From an uncultured Ignavibacteriaceae bacterium (GTDB lineage Bacteria > Bacteroidota > Ignavibacteria > UBA10030), in contig CAZRPU010000004.1 of the NCBI GenBank assembly GCA_964602055.1, forward strand, positions 12,902 through 76,901: DNA of 64,000 nucleotides. The letters run 5' to 3'. Under the pieces are notes generated by a model. That model made no database searches, was not told where the DNA came from, and saw nothing but the letters and a program-made list of their open reading frames with translations. Below are positions 8,257 through 17,829 of the stretch, in pieces (position 1 is the first letter of the stretch; the number at the start of each line of letters is the position of its first letter). Made by a program: the position numbers and the translations under genes.

Positions 8257-9260
8257 ATTCGATTCTCGCTGTTGTCATCAGCCTTCTTCCTGTCTTTCTC
8301 TTCCTTGTCAGCCTCATCGTTCTCGATAGTTACAAGCTGGTCAAGAGGATATCGGTCCTGTATGCGATCTTGTACGGTTGTGTCATGGCCGGGTCATCCT
8401 ATTTGCTCAATACGGTTGTGTTGACACTCGGGATTGATGACCAGATCCTTCGCCGTTACGTCGCCCCCGCTATCGAAGAAGTGCTGAAGGCAATCTACCT
8501 TGTCTTCCTCATCAAGAGAAAGAAGGTCGGCTTCATGGTGGATGCCACTATTTACGGTTTCGCTGTCGGGGCGGGTTTTGCATTTATCGAGAACATCTAC
8601 TATCTGACATCCCTGCCCGACGCGAGTCTGTTTCTCTGGGTGATTCGCGGATTCGGGACTGCGGTGATGCACGGCGGCACTACTGCCATCGTCGGCATTC
8701 TTGCAAAGAATACCGCCGATTTCAGTGGGAAAGACGGTGTTGCTGTTTTCGCAAAAGGTCTCGCCATCGCCATTGTCATTCACTCCTATTTCAATCACTT
8801 CTTTTTCCATCCCGCCTTCTCGCCCTTGACCATCCTGATCGGACTTCCCCTGACGCTGATGTATGTTTTTCAGCGGAGCGAACAGGTAACGCGGGAATGG
8901 CTGGGTGTGGGATTTGACAGCGACGTCGATCTCCTCCAAACACTCACTTCCGGTAATCTGCCCCATACCAAGATCGGAACATATCTGAAGACGCTCCAGT
9001 CAAGGTTTCGGGGAGAAATCATTGCAGACATGATCTGTTATCTGCAGATTTATCTGGAACTCTCCATACGCGCCAAAGGGATCTTGCTCATGCGGGAAGC
9101 CGGATTCGACCCCCGTCCCGAGCCTGATACAATAGAGAAATTCGAGGAGCTGAAATATCTCGAACGAAGCATCGGCCAGACGGGCAAACTGGCGCTCCAT
9201 CCCTTTCTTCATACAAGTGGACGGAACCTCTGGCAGTTGAATATGCTTCAACAGGGATAA
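8253..9260 (+). CDS. PrsW-family intramembrane protease with a roughly 130-aa cytoplasmic C-terminal extension
   Basis: An ATGA overlap joins it to the upstream gene. It is a multi-pass membrane protein with the PrsW signature motifs EEVLK (EExxK), FAFIEN (FxxxE) and HSYFNH (HxxxN). Confidence 0.7.
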   Translation: MNSILAVVISLLPVFLFLVSLIVLDSYKLVKRISVLYAILYGCVMAGSSYLLNTVVLTLGIDDQILRRYVAPAIEEVLKAIYLVFLIKRKKVGFMVDATIYGFAVGAGFAFIENIYYLTSLPDASLFLWVIRGFGTAVMHGGTTAIVGILAKNTADFSGKDGVAVFAKGLAIAIVIHSYFNHFFFHPAFSPLTILIGLPLTLMYVFQRSEQVTREWLGVGFDSDVDLLQTLTSGNLPHTKIGTYLKTLQSRFRGEIIADMICYLQIYLELSIRAKGILLMREAGFDPRPEPDTIEKFEELKYLERSIGQTGKLALHPFLHTSGRNLWQLNMLQQG

Positions 9261-9262
9261 CT

Positions 9263-10216
9263 ATGCCCGTTCCCTCCTCATTGGAGAAGCACATTCGTGC
9301 CCTTGCTGACGACAGCGTGAGCGGGGCGACTTCGTTCGCCCAACGTGCTGCGTCGGTTTATCTCCAACTCATCGATCCGCAGTTTGAGGTGACTGACACC
9401 GACCTCCGTCCGGCACTGACCGACCTGACATATGCCCTCGTGCGTGCCCAGCCGACCATGGCCCCGCTGTTGAACCTTGGCAACAAGATCCTCCAGGCGG
9501 TTGAAAAGAACACTGACGCAGACGAGCTTCGGGCACAGATTCACGGAATTGCTGGCGCTCTCATCAATCAGCTCGACACATCGACTACGCGCATTGCCCT
9601 CCATGCCCTGCAGCTGTTTGCGCAGGAAACGGTCGTCCTCACCCTCTCGCACAGCTCCGCCGTCAAGAAGTGTCTCGTGAAAGCGAAAGATTCTGGAAAA
9701 TCGATCTCTGTGATCTGCTCCGAGTCGCGGCCCATGAGGGAAGGCGTGGACCTGGCACGGGAACTCGCTTCTCACAATATTCCCACGACGCTCATCGCCG
9801 ATGCAGCGATCGCATCGATGTTGCGTGAAGCGACAATAGCGTTTGTCGGCGCCGATTCTGTTTCTCTGCTGGGATTGGTGAACAAGATCGGTACAAGCGG
9901 CCTTGCCCTGGGCGCCCGTGCGGCAGGAATCCCCCTGTACGCTCTCTGCGGCACGGAGAAATTTCTGCCAACCCCCTTTGTCGTCATCGAGCACACAAAG
10001 TCGGAAGATGAGCTGATGCCCGAAAGAATTCCGCATGTGAACGTTCGCAATGTGTATTTCGACACGACTCCGCTCGAATCTCTTACGGGATTCATAACGG
10101 AGGAGGGGATGTACGCACCTGCAGCCGTACGCAGCATCCTGTCTTCGCTCGAGTCCTCCTTTGTCTTGAAGCCCGAAGTCCTCGGCCCCCCCTTTTCTTC
10201 CCTCCACCCGCAATGA
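9263..10216 (+). CDS. eIF-2B alpha/beta/delta-family protein (putative sugar-phosphate isomerase)
   Basis: 317 aa. CSESRPMREGVDLARELASHNIPTTLIADAA...FVGADSV...NKIGTSGLAL...IPLYALCGTEKF is typical of the IF-2B/MtnA family. The start is 3 nt after the prsW-like stop codon. Confidence 0.7.
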   Translation: MPVPSSLEKHIRALADDSVSGATSFAQRAASVYLQLIDPQFEVTDTDLRPALTDLTYALVRAQPTMAPLLNLGNKILQAVEKNTDADELRAQIHGIAGALINQLDTSTTRIALHALQLFAQETVVLTLSHSSAVKKCLVKAKDSGKSISVICSESRPMREGVDLARELASHNIPTTLIADAAIASMLREATIAFVGADSVSLLGLVNKIGTSGLALGARAAGIPLYALCGTEKFLPTPFVVIEHTKSEDELMPERIPHVNVRNVYFDTTPLESLTGFITEEGMYAPAAVRSILSSLESSFVLKPEVLGPPFSSLHPQ

Positions 10217-10357
10217 TGCAGAACCACTCTGAACGGCACCGTGCGTCTTGATGATCTTTTCCGTCCAGGCAATAGGTGAAGTTTGGCGGGCCGATGATCT
10301 GTTCGTGTCTCTCGCCAGAAAGTAGTTGCTTTCTTTCCGTTTTTCTCACAATGTTTG

Positions 10358-11065
10358 ATGCGCATGGAAAGTCCCACAGCCAGGAATATTCTTCGCCGGC
10401 TCCGATCGCTGGGAACGCGTAGGAACATCGACGGAATGGCGCGTTTCGGGATTACCAGCAAAAAAGTATTCGGTGTAAGCGCCGTGCCTCTCCGGAAGCT
10501 TGCAAGGAAGATCGGCCAAAACCGCCCTCTGGCGCAGCAACTCTGGCGGTCGGGATACCTCGAAGCCAGGATCCTCGCGAGTATGATTGACGATCCGTCC
10601 AAAGTGACTGGACGCCAAATGGATCGATGGGTTCGTGACTTCGACAATTGGGCCGTGTGCGACGCCTGCTGCGGCGTGCTCTTCGACAAGACCCCGTTCG
10701 CGGTTCAGAAGGCTTTCCAATGGAGTACAAACCCCCGCGAGTTTGTGCGGCGGGCGGGATTTGTCATGATGGCCGAGCTTGCGATCCACGCCAAGGACGC
10801 CTCCGACGAGACTTTTGAGCGGTTCTTCCCCTCGTTGAAACGAGGCTCCCGGGATAACAGGAACTTCGTCCGAAAAGCGGTCAATTGGGCCATTCGTCAA
10901 ATCGGCAAAAGGAACATCCCGCTGAGGAGGAAGGCAATCAGACTGGCACACGAAATCAAGGCGCTCGACACACCAGCAGCCCGCTGGATTGCCGCTGATG
11001 CCCTGAGGGAACTCACCAACCCTGCGTTGATAACGAGGCTTCAGAAGAAAGAAAAGCCGGCGTGA
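10358..11065 (+). CDS. DNA alkylation repair enzyme (AlkD-like HEAT-repeat protein)
   Basis: Typical family features include MARFGI...VFGVSAVPLRKLARKIG...LWRSGYLEARILA...DNWAVCD and VRKAVNWAIRQIGKRN. Confidence 0.7.
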   Translation: MRMESPTARNILRRLRSLGTRRNIDGMARFGITSKKVFGVSAVPLRKLARKIGQNRPLAQQLWRSGYLEARILASMIDDPSKVTGRQMDRWVRDFDNWAVCDACCGVLFDKTPFAVQKAFQWSTNPREFVRRAGFVMMAELAIHAKDASDETFERFFPSLKRGSRDNRNFVRKAVNWAIRQIGKRNIPLRRKAIRLAHEIKALDTPAARWIAADALRELTNPALITRLQKKEKPA

Positions 11066-11158
11066 GAGGACTCATCGCCCTGAGACTGTCGAACCGACGC
11101 ACCTGAAGCGGACCAGATTTGGAACAACCACTTAATTTCACTTTGAGGAAACCGTAGA

Positions 11159-12958
11159 ATGAAACGCATTCTTTTGCTGCTTCTTTTTTGTGTTGTGCCC
11201 TTCTTCCTTGCTGCCCAAAAGGTCACCGTCCAGTATACGTTGGGTATGTCCCAGCCATGGACTCATTTGATGGAAGTGGAATTGACCTATGCAGGCCTCG
11301 CCGGTTCGGATCCGACGATCGATTTTCTCCTTCCGGTGTGGCGCAGCGGCCGGTATGTGATCTATGATTTTGCCGGCGATATTCAGGAGTTTTCCGCCAA
11401 GGACGAAAAGGGAAACATCCTCGCCTGGGAAAAGACGGATAAACTGACATGGCGGGTGCGCAAGGGACGGGCCGCGGCGGTAACAGCGAGCTATAAGGTC
11501 TATGCGAACGAGGTCAACCAGAGAACAAAGGAGATGGACGATCAAGGTGCCTTTCTCGATGGTTCGTCGGTGTTCATGTATGTCGATCGCTACAGAAGTC
11601 TGCCGCTGAGACTCCAGGTTCGACCGTACAAGGACTGGCACGTAACCACGGGGCTCGAAGCTGTCCAGGGAAGCAAAAACACGTTTGCTTCCCCGTCGTA
11701 CGACTATCTTATCGATTGTCCGTTGTTTGTCGGGAACCAGAACGATGTGATGTTCACCGCCGGCGGAAAACCGCACGTTCTCAGTATCATGGGCGAAGGC
11801 AACTATGATACGGATCAAATGACAAAAGACATGGCGAAACTTGTGGAAGTCAACAAAGAATTCTGGGGCAGCCTCCCTTATGACCGGTATGTGTTCATGC
11901 TTCACGTTTCTCCCCGCCACGGAGGAGGAACCGAACACATCAACTCGACAGCAATGGGCGCAAGACCGTGGGGATTTAAGAACCCCAGTTCCTATAGCGG
12001 GTTCCTCGGGCTGGTTTCCCATGAATACTTCCATACATGGAACGTCAAACAAATCAGGCCGAGAGGCATCAGCCCGTATGATTGGACGAAGGAAAACTAT
12101 ACGAGGGAACTTTGGATTGCCGAGGGAACGACATCGTACTATACTTCGCTGATGATGCTGCGCGCGGGCCTTTCCCAGGCAAGCCGGTACGTCGAGCAAC
12201 TCGGAAATCAGATCCTCGGGGACCGGCAAAGGCCGGGGAACCTGCTGCAATCGGCAGCCGAGTCGAGTTTTGATGCCTGGGTGAAGTACTGGAAGGGGAA
12301 GGAACAGTCCTTCAATGCCGAGTCGGACTATTACGACCGCGGCGCGGATCTGAGCCTCTTCCTCGATCTCGAAATACGGCATCGGTCAAAGAATAAGGCC
12401 TCCCTTGATGATGTGATGAAAGCTCTCTACAAGAGGTTTCCCTGGAACGGCACCGGATATACGGTGGACGACTTCCGCGCTCTTTGCAGTGAATTCGGCG
12501 AAAGCGATTTCAAGCAATTCTTCGATGATCATGTCTATGGCACAAAGCCGCTTGACTGGGAAAAAGTCCTTCTCCTTGCAGGACTCGAAGCAAAGCCCCG
12601 TGACGAGCGGAAGGTATGGTTTGGAGCTTTTGTCCGGGGCGATCCGCCGCGCATTGCAAGACTTGTTTCCGGATCACCTGCATACAATGCAGGACTTGAC
12701 GTCAATGATGAAATAGTGGCAATGAACGGCTATCGGATAAGCGCCGGCGATTTCAATACGCGGATCGGTGAAATGAAAGAAGGAGATATTGCCAGAGTCG
12801 CCGTCATGCGGAGCGAACGGCTGCTGCAATTTGATGTCATGCTGAAAAACAATCCTGTTCCGGCGTATTCCGTCACAAAAATCAAAGATCCCACATCTCT
12901 TCAGAAAGCCATCTATGAGTCGTGGCTGACAGCCAAATGGGATGAGGGAAAACCGTGA
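11159..12958 (+). CDS. M61 glycyl aminopeptidase-family metallopeptidase with C-terminal PDZ domain
   Basis: It has a signal peptide (MKRILLLLLFCVVPFFLAAQ), the HEXXH motif in VSHEYFHTWNVKQIRP, and a PDZ-like GSPAYNAGLDVNDEIVAMNG. Confidence 0.8.
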   Translation: MKRILLLLLFCVVPFFLAAQKVTVQYTLGMSQPWTHLMEVELTYAGLAGSDPTIDFLLPVWRSGRYVIYDFAGDIQEFSAKDEKGNILAWEKTDKLTWRVRKGRAAAVTASYKVYANEVNQRTKEMDDQGAFLDGSSVFMYVDRYRSLPLRLQVRPYKDWHVTTGLEAVQGSKNTFASPSYDYLIDCPLFVGNQNDVMFTAGGKPHVLSIMGEGNYDTDQMTKDMAKLVEVNKEFWGSLPYDRYVFMLHVSPRHGGGTEHINSTAMGARPWGFKNPSSYSGFLGLVSHEYFHTWNVKQIRPRGISPYDWTKENYTRELWIAEGTTSYYTSLMMLRAGLSQASRYVEQLGNQILGDRQRPGNLLQSAAESSFDAWVKYWKGKEQSFNAESDYYDRGADLSLFLDLEIRHRSKNKASLDDVMKALYKRFPWNGTGYTVDDFRALCSEFGESDFKQFFDDHVYGTKPLDWEKVLLLAGLEAKPRDERKVWFGAFVRGDPPRIARLVSGSPAYNAGLDVNDEIVAMNGYRISAGDFNTRIGEMKEGDIARVAVMRSERLLQFDVMLKNNPVPAYSVTKIKDPTSLQKAIYESWLTAKWDEGKP

Positions 12959-13032
12959 GGTGCAAGCGACGGGTTTGGTTTTTCAGGATTAACGGTTTCT
13001 TTGAATCATCTTTACATCCACCTGGATTCTCT

Positions 13033-15525
13033 ATGAAAAAGGCTTTGACGTTCAGTTGTATGGTTGTATTCTCGTTATCCTTTCTCTCCGCTCAACACTT
13101 GCCCACCGGAACCTACCGGCCAACAAGAGAGCGTTCGTATGATATCATTCATTTCAGAGCCGATCTGACAGTCGATTGGGCAAAGAAACAGGTCGGAGGC
13201 GAGGCAACTGTTCGGCTGCGCCCGCTCGCATCTTTGTCGTCCATTTCTCTTGATGCCTACTGGCTGAATGTCTCCGATGTCCGCGACGCCGACCGCGGCA
13301 CATCCTACAAGTTTTCGTCAACGGACGATGCATTGATCATTAGTTTCGGCCGCACGCTTCAGACGGCCGACACAGTTGCCGTAACCATCCGTTATACCGC
13401 GCGCCCCACGGCCGGCTTGTACTTTGTCGATCCCGGACCACAGACCAACAATAAGCCCGCAATTTTCACATACGGCGAAGGTGGTATTCATGCCAACTGG
13501 CTCCCTCTGTACAACGAGAATAACGATAAGTTCTCAACAGAAATGATCGTTACGGTGGAAAAGCCCTTCACGGCAATTTCCAATGGGACACTGCTCCAAA
13601 CACGGGAGAATCAAAACGGAACACGGACATTTCATTGGTATCAGGCTCTGCCGCACTCGAACTATCTCATCGCGCTCTTTATCGGCGACTATGTACCCGT
13701 GAAGCTCCGGCCCGCCTTTGGGTCAATACCTCTTTCGGTCTGGGTCCATGCCGGCCAAGAGGACCAGGCGCGCACTGTTTTTCAACGCACCCCCGACATG
13801 GTAGAGTTCTTTTCGAAGCGTTTCAGTTTTCGCTATCCTTGGGACAAATACGACCAGATCGCTTCGTTCGACTATGCGATAGGTGCAATGGAGAATACCG
13901 GCATTACAGGACACAACGACCGAATTCTCCGGCGACCGGGCCAGCTCGAAGAATTTAACCCTGACTTCGAACACTACTCGGCAAACTGGACGGCGGAGGC
14001 GATCATTTCGCATGAACTGGGTCACCACTGGTTTGGAGACAACACTACATGCAGAACCCTGGCAAACCTCTGGATGAACGAAAGTTTTGCGTCATACATG
14101 ATGATGCTGTGGGATGAGCACAGACTGGGCAATGAGCATTTGCAATCACAAACCCAAATTGCACTGCAATCCTACCTCGATTACGTTGCCGAGTCCCACA
14201 TCATCCGTCCTCTGGAGTATCGCTTTTATGATTCGAGAGACCAGATCTACAATCTCCAGACAACATATCAGAAAGGGGCGATTGTCCTTCACATGCTGCG
14301 CTGGGTTCTCGGCGATGAGGCGTTTTTTCAAGGACTCGGATATTTTCAGAACAAGCATCAGTTTGCGAATGTCGAGAGCCAGGATCTTCTCACCGCGCTT
14401 GAGGAATCAACCGGAAAGAATCTGACCTGGTTCTTTGAACAGTGGATCTGGAGTGGGGGACACCCCATTTTCGAAGTAAGCTGGAACCATATCCCCGGAA
14501 GAAAAAAGGTGGAGGTACGCGTGGAGCAGGTACAGCCGATCGTCGAAGGACAGGGAACATTCCGGCTTCCGGTTGAAATTCGGATTGATGTGAAGGGCAC
14601 CACGCGAAAAGAAACAGTGTGGATCGAAGAATCAACACAGTCGTATGTCTTTGACGTAAGCGAGGCTCCCGACTTGGTGAGCTTCGACGGCCGCGGGGCT
14701 TTGGTGGCAGACATTCGGGAGCGCAAGCAGGTGCGGGAGCTGGCCTATCAGGCTTTGAAAGATGAGCTTCCGGGGCGGTTGCGCGCCCTGCGGCAGCTTG
14801 CCGGGAATCATGCATCAAACCCCTTGACGTTCGAGGTTCTGCATAGGACCATTCAGGGCAACGGCTCTTGGACCCTGAGAGCGGAGGCAACCTTGCTTCT
14901 GCAGTCGATTCACACGTTGCAGGCACAGCAGCTCTTGCTTGCACAATTGCAGTCTGAAGATTATCACGTGAGGAAAGCAGCGGTGATCGCACTGGGGAGC
15001 CGCTTTACGGCCGAAGCTCGGTCGGCCCTGCGGACAACAGTCGAGGCGGAAAAAAATGATGATGTCGCTGCTGCCGCACTCGTCGCTCTTGCGAAAATCG
15101 ATCCTTCTCTCTCGGAGCAATTTTTCGAGGCGCAGTTGAAGAAGGAATCATGGTATGACTCCAGAAAGCTCGCTGTCCTGCGCTGCATCGAAGTGCTCGC
15201 AACAGATCACTCCGTTCAGAACCCTGAGAGATTTGTTCCTCTGGTCAGGAGATATGTTGATACTCGCTACAACTACGAGCTTCGCCAGCAGGCTCTGAAG
15301 AGCTGGACCGCATGTGCCCCGGGAGATAAGGCATTGCTCAATCAACTCTTCGCTACCGTGAAAAACGACATCCTGGCCGTTCAGACAACAGCCATGAAGC
15401 TGCTGGGGATGATACGACACGAGAGTGCCATTCCGATTCTTGAAGAAGCCGCCAAAAGAAGCGGTGATATTGACGTGAGAAAGGCAGCGAGGGATGCACT
15501 GGAAGAAATTCGAAGAATAAGGTAA
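13033..15525 (+). CDS. M1-family aminopeptidase N with C-terminal HEAT-repeat region
   Basis: The start was chosen at the ATG at 13033, giving the signal peptide MKKALTFSCMVVFSLSFLSAQ. It has the GAMEN exopeptidase motif and HELGHHWFGD-X18-E (WMNESFA). Confidence 0.85.
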   Translation: MKKALTFSCMVVFSLSFLSAQHLPTGTYRPTRERSYDIIHFRADLTVDWAKKQVGGEATVRLRPLASLSSISLDAYWLNVSDVRDADRGTSYKFSSTDDALIISFGRTLQTADTVAVTIRYTARPTAGLYFVDPGPQTNNKPAIFTYGEGGIHANWLPLYNENNDKFSTEMIVTVEKPFTAISNGTLLQTRENQNGTRTFHWYQALPHSNYLIALFIGDYVPVKLRPAFGSIPLSVWVHAGQEDQARTVFQRTPDMVEFFSKRFSFRYPWDKYDQIASFDYAIGAMENTGITGHNDRILRRPGQLEEFNPDFEHYSANWTAEAIISHELGHHWFGDNTTCRTLANLWMNESFASYMMMLWDEHRLGNEHLQSQTQIALQSYLDYVAESHIIRPLEYRFYDSRDQIYNLQTTYQKGAIVLHMLRWVLGDEAFFQGLGYFQNKHQFANVESQDLLTALEESTGKNLTWFFEQWIWSGGHPIFEVSWNHIPGRKKVEVRVEQVQPIVEGQGTFRLPVEIRIDVKGTTRKETVWIEESTQSYVFDVSEAPDLVSFDGRGALVADIRERKQVRELAYQALKDELPGRLRALRQLAGNHASNPLTFEVLHRTIQGNGSWTLRAEATLLLQSIHTLQAQQLLLAQLQSEDYHVRKAAVIALGSRFTAEARSALRTTVEAEKNDDVAAAALVALAKIDPSLSEQFFEAQLKKESWYDSRKLAVLRCIEVLATDHSVQNPERFVPLVRRYVDTRYNYELRQQALKSWTACAPGDKALLNQLFATVKNDILAVQTTAMKLLGMIRHESAIPILEEAAKRSGDIDVRKAARDALEEIRRIR

Positions 15526-15645
15526 TTTTGTTTTTAGGCAGATGGTATCTGCAGGTGGTTAGATTCTAATTCCGTATATTTGGTTTTGATGCCGGGCGTC
15601 GTTTCTCTGATGCCGCAGATTTTTCGCATCCACAGGAGAATTGCT

Positions 15646-17793
15646 ATGAACCGCTCTCTCGCCACGTACCTCGAATATGCTTTGTTGCTTGTGGTTTGCA
15701 TTGTCCTTGTTGCCTTTGTCGGGCTCCCCGATTTTCAGCCCGTCCGGCAGCCGGCCTCTCCTCCCGCCGCGCAGGGTTTACGACAAGCAGCGGGCCCGGC
15801 TCCGTGGGATATGAACCTCCGGCTTCCCACGCGCAGCGACCGCGTCGCTAACTATACGATGAGCGTGAAACTCGATCCTGAAACCAATATCATCGCCGGC
15901 TCGGAAATCCTCGAATGGCGCAACAACACGGGCCGTCTTCAGAATCAATTCCCTTTTCATCTGTATCATAATGCCTGGAAAAATAATCGGAGCACGTACG
16001 CAAAAGAGTCCGGATGGCGGCTCAACCGCTCGCTCACAGACGATCAGTACGGCTACACAAACGTGAAGCGCGTGGTGCTCCTTGATGTCCGCGGGGAAAT
16101 TGACATCACGAGAACATTCCAATATATCCAGCCGGACGACGGAAACCTCGATGACCAAACGGTTTTTCAGGTGACGACACCGCGGCCAATCCCTCCCAAT
16201 GGAACGCTGCGGCTTCGGATCGAATTTGAGACGAAACAACCCCTTCCGATTTCCCGCACCGGCGCTCTTCGTGACTATCATTTTGTTGTCCAATGGTTTC
16301 CCAAGATCGGCGTATGGTGGAAGGGCGCCTGGAACTGTCACCAATTCCATGCGACAACGGAATTCTTTGCAGACTACGGCGTCTATGATGTGTCGATCAC
16401 CATTCCCGAGAATTATGTTATCGGAGCAACCGGCGGACATCCGAAAGAAGAGAAGAACAACGGCGATGGCACCAAAACGTGCCGCTTCTATCAGGAAGAC
16501 GTCCATGATTTTGCCTGGGTGACAGCCCCTGACCTGGTGAAGACTGTCCGGACGTTTTCTCATCAGGAAAGAGAAGAAGGGGAGCAGCCCGACCGCCATC
16601 ACCCGCTGAAGGAAGTCACCGTGATTCTTCTTTCCCAGCCTCATCATGCAAACATGATTGACCGGTATTTCACTGCAACGTTTAACGCATTGCGCTATTA
16701 CGGAGAATGGTACGGCCAATACCCGTATGATGCCGTAACGGTGGTGGATCCCGCAAACGACAGCCGCTCGGGGGGAATGGAATACCCGACCTTGTTCACG
16801 GGCGGCACAACAATGTTCTCACCCAAAGAAAGCCCGTCGCCGGAAGGGGTGACCGTTCATGAATTCGGACATCAGTTTTGGTACGGACTGATAGGAAACA
16901 ATGAATTCGAGGAAGCGTGGCTCGATGAAGGCTTTAATACCTATTCAACGTCACGTGTGCTCGCTGCGGGATGGCCTGCCTTTCCGCCAACCCGCTTCTA
17001 TTTCGGCGGCCCTGGCGCCGGAAGTTTCTCGGGCATACCCCACGTCTTTCGTGAAGTCTACGATGAACCCCGTGTCTCCACCAACAATCTGCAGCTCAAG
17101 TTTCAGGGAAAGAACGACGTCATGACCCGGCGCGGATGGGAGTATTACCAAAGTTACGGGCTGAATTCCTACGGAAAACCGGGCGCTTCGCTCTTTCAAC
17201 TCGAGCGCTATCTCGGTGAAGAGACCATGTATCGGATCATGCGCACGTACCATCACCGCTTCCGTTTCCAGCACCCCACATCGCAGGATTTTATCAACGT
17301 TGTCAACGAAGTGACGGGGAAGTCCATGAACTGGTTTTTCGACAACACCTGGTTCAGCTCCAACGTCTTCGATTATTCTCTTGACGCTATAGTGAATCAG
17401 CGGATCCCTCCCCCCGCCGGCCTTTTCACGCACAACGGCACTCCCGTGGAACAGAAAGAACAGCTGCCGCCGTACGAATGCACGGTCATTGTGAAACGCG
17501 AAGGAGAAGCGATAACGCCCGTCGATGTTCTTGTCGTGTTTGAAAACGGCGATCAACGCCGCGAACTCTGGGACGGCCAGTACCGTTGGAAGAAATATGT
17601 GTACGCAAGCGATTCTCCCGTCTCGTACGCCATCGTGGATCCGGACAAGAAGATCGTGATGGACATTAACTACAATAACAACAGCAAGTCCGTGGCAGCA
17701 CCCGGCAGTCAATCGCTCGCGGCCAGAAAACTCGCTTCGAAATGGATGTTCTGGCTTCAGAATTATCTTGAGGCGGCTTCTTTTTGGAACTGA
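15646..17793 (+). CDS. M1-family metallopeptidase, N-terminally membrane-anchored
   Basis: The start was chosen at the ATG at 15646, giving the TM anchor YALLLVVCIVLVAFVGL. It has HEFGHQFWYG-X18-E (WLDEGFNTY). No clear GAMEN motif was seen. Confidence 0.75.
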   Translation: MNRSLATYLEYALLLVVCIVLVAFVGLPDFQPVRQPASPPAAQGLRQAAGPAPWDMNLRLPTRSDRVANYTMSVKLDPETNIIAGSEILEWRNNTGRLQNQFPFHLYHNAWKNNRSTYAKESGWRLNRSLTDDQYGYTNVKRVVLLDVRGEIDITRTFQYIQPDDGNLDDQTVFQVTTPRPIPPNGTLRLRIEFETKQPLPISRTGALRDYHFVVQWFPKIGVWWKGAWNCHQFHATTEFFADYGVYDVSITIPENYVIGATGGHPKEEKNNGDGTKTCRFYQEDVHDFAWVTAPDLVKTVRTFSHQEREEGEQPDRHHPLKEVTVILLSQPHHANMIDRYFTATFNALRYYGEWYGQYPYDAVTVVDPANDSRSGGMEYPTLFTGGTTMFSPKESPSPEGVTVHEFGHQFWYGLIGNNEFEEAWLDEGFNTYSTSRVLAAGWPAFPPTRFYFGGPGAGSFSGIPHVFREVYDEPRVSTNNLQLKFQGKNDVMTRRGWEYYQSYGLNSYGKPGASLFQLERYLGEETMYRIMRTYHHRFRFQHPTSQDFINVVNEVTGKSMNWFFDNTWFSSNVFDYSLDAIVNQRIPPPAGLFTHNGTPVEQKEQLPPYECTVIVKREGEAITPVDVLVVFENGDQRRELWDGQYRWKKYVYASDSPVSYAIVDPDKKIVMDINYNNNSKSVAAPGSQSLAARKLASKWMFWLQNYLEAASFWN

Positions 17794-17829
17794 TCTCCCC
17801 ATCGGCATAACAACTCTAAGGGTATTCGT

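Noticed and set aside
9278-10213. A 311-codon ORF almost exactly antisense to the eIF-2B-family gene. Similar cases are 9772-10689 and 11138-12382.
   Set aside because: The sense strand carries recognisable family motifs. The antisense translations are Arg-rich with no motifs, so these are shadow ORFs.
10217-10354. A direct repeat GATGATCT (two copies) and a weak AGAAAG/CTTTCT hairpin in the gap upstream of the alkylation-repair gene.
   Set aside because: The repeat is short and the stem is low in GC. Both are compatible with chance, so no call was made.
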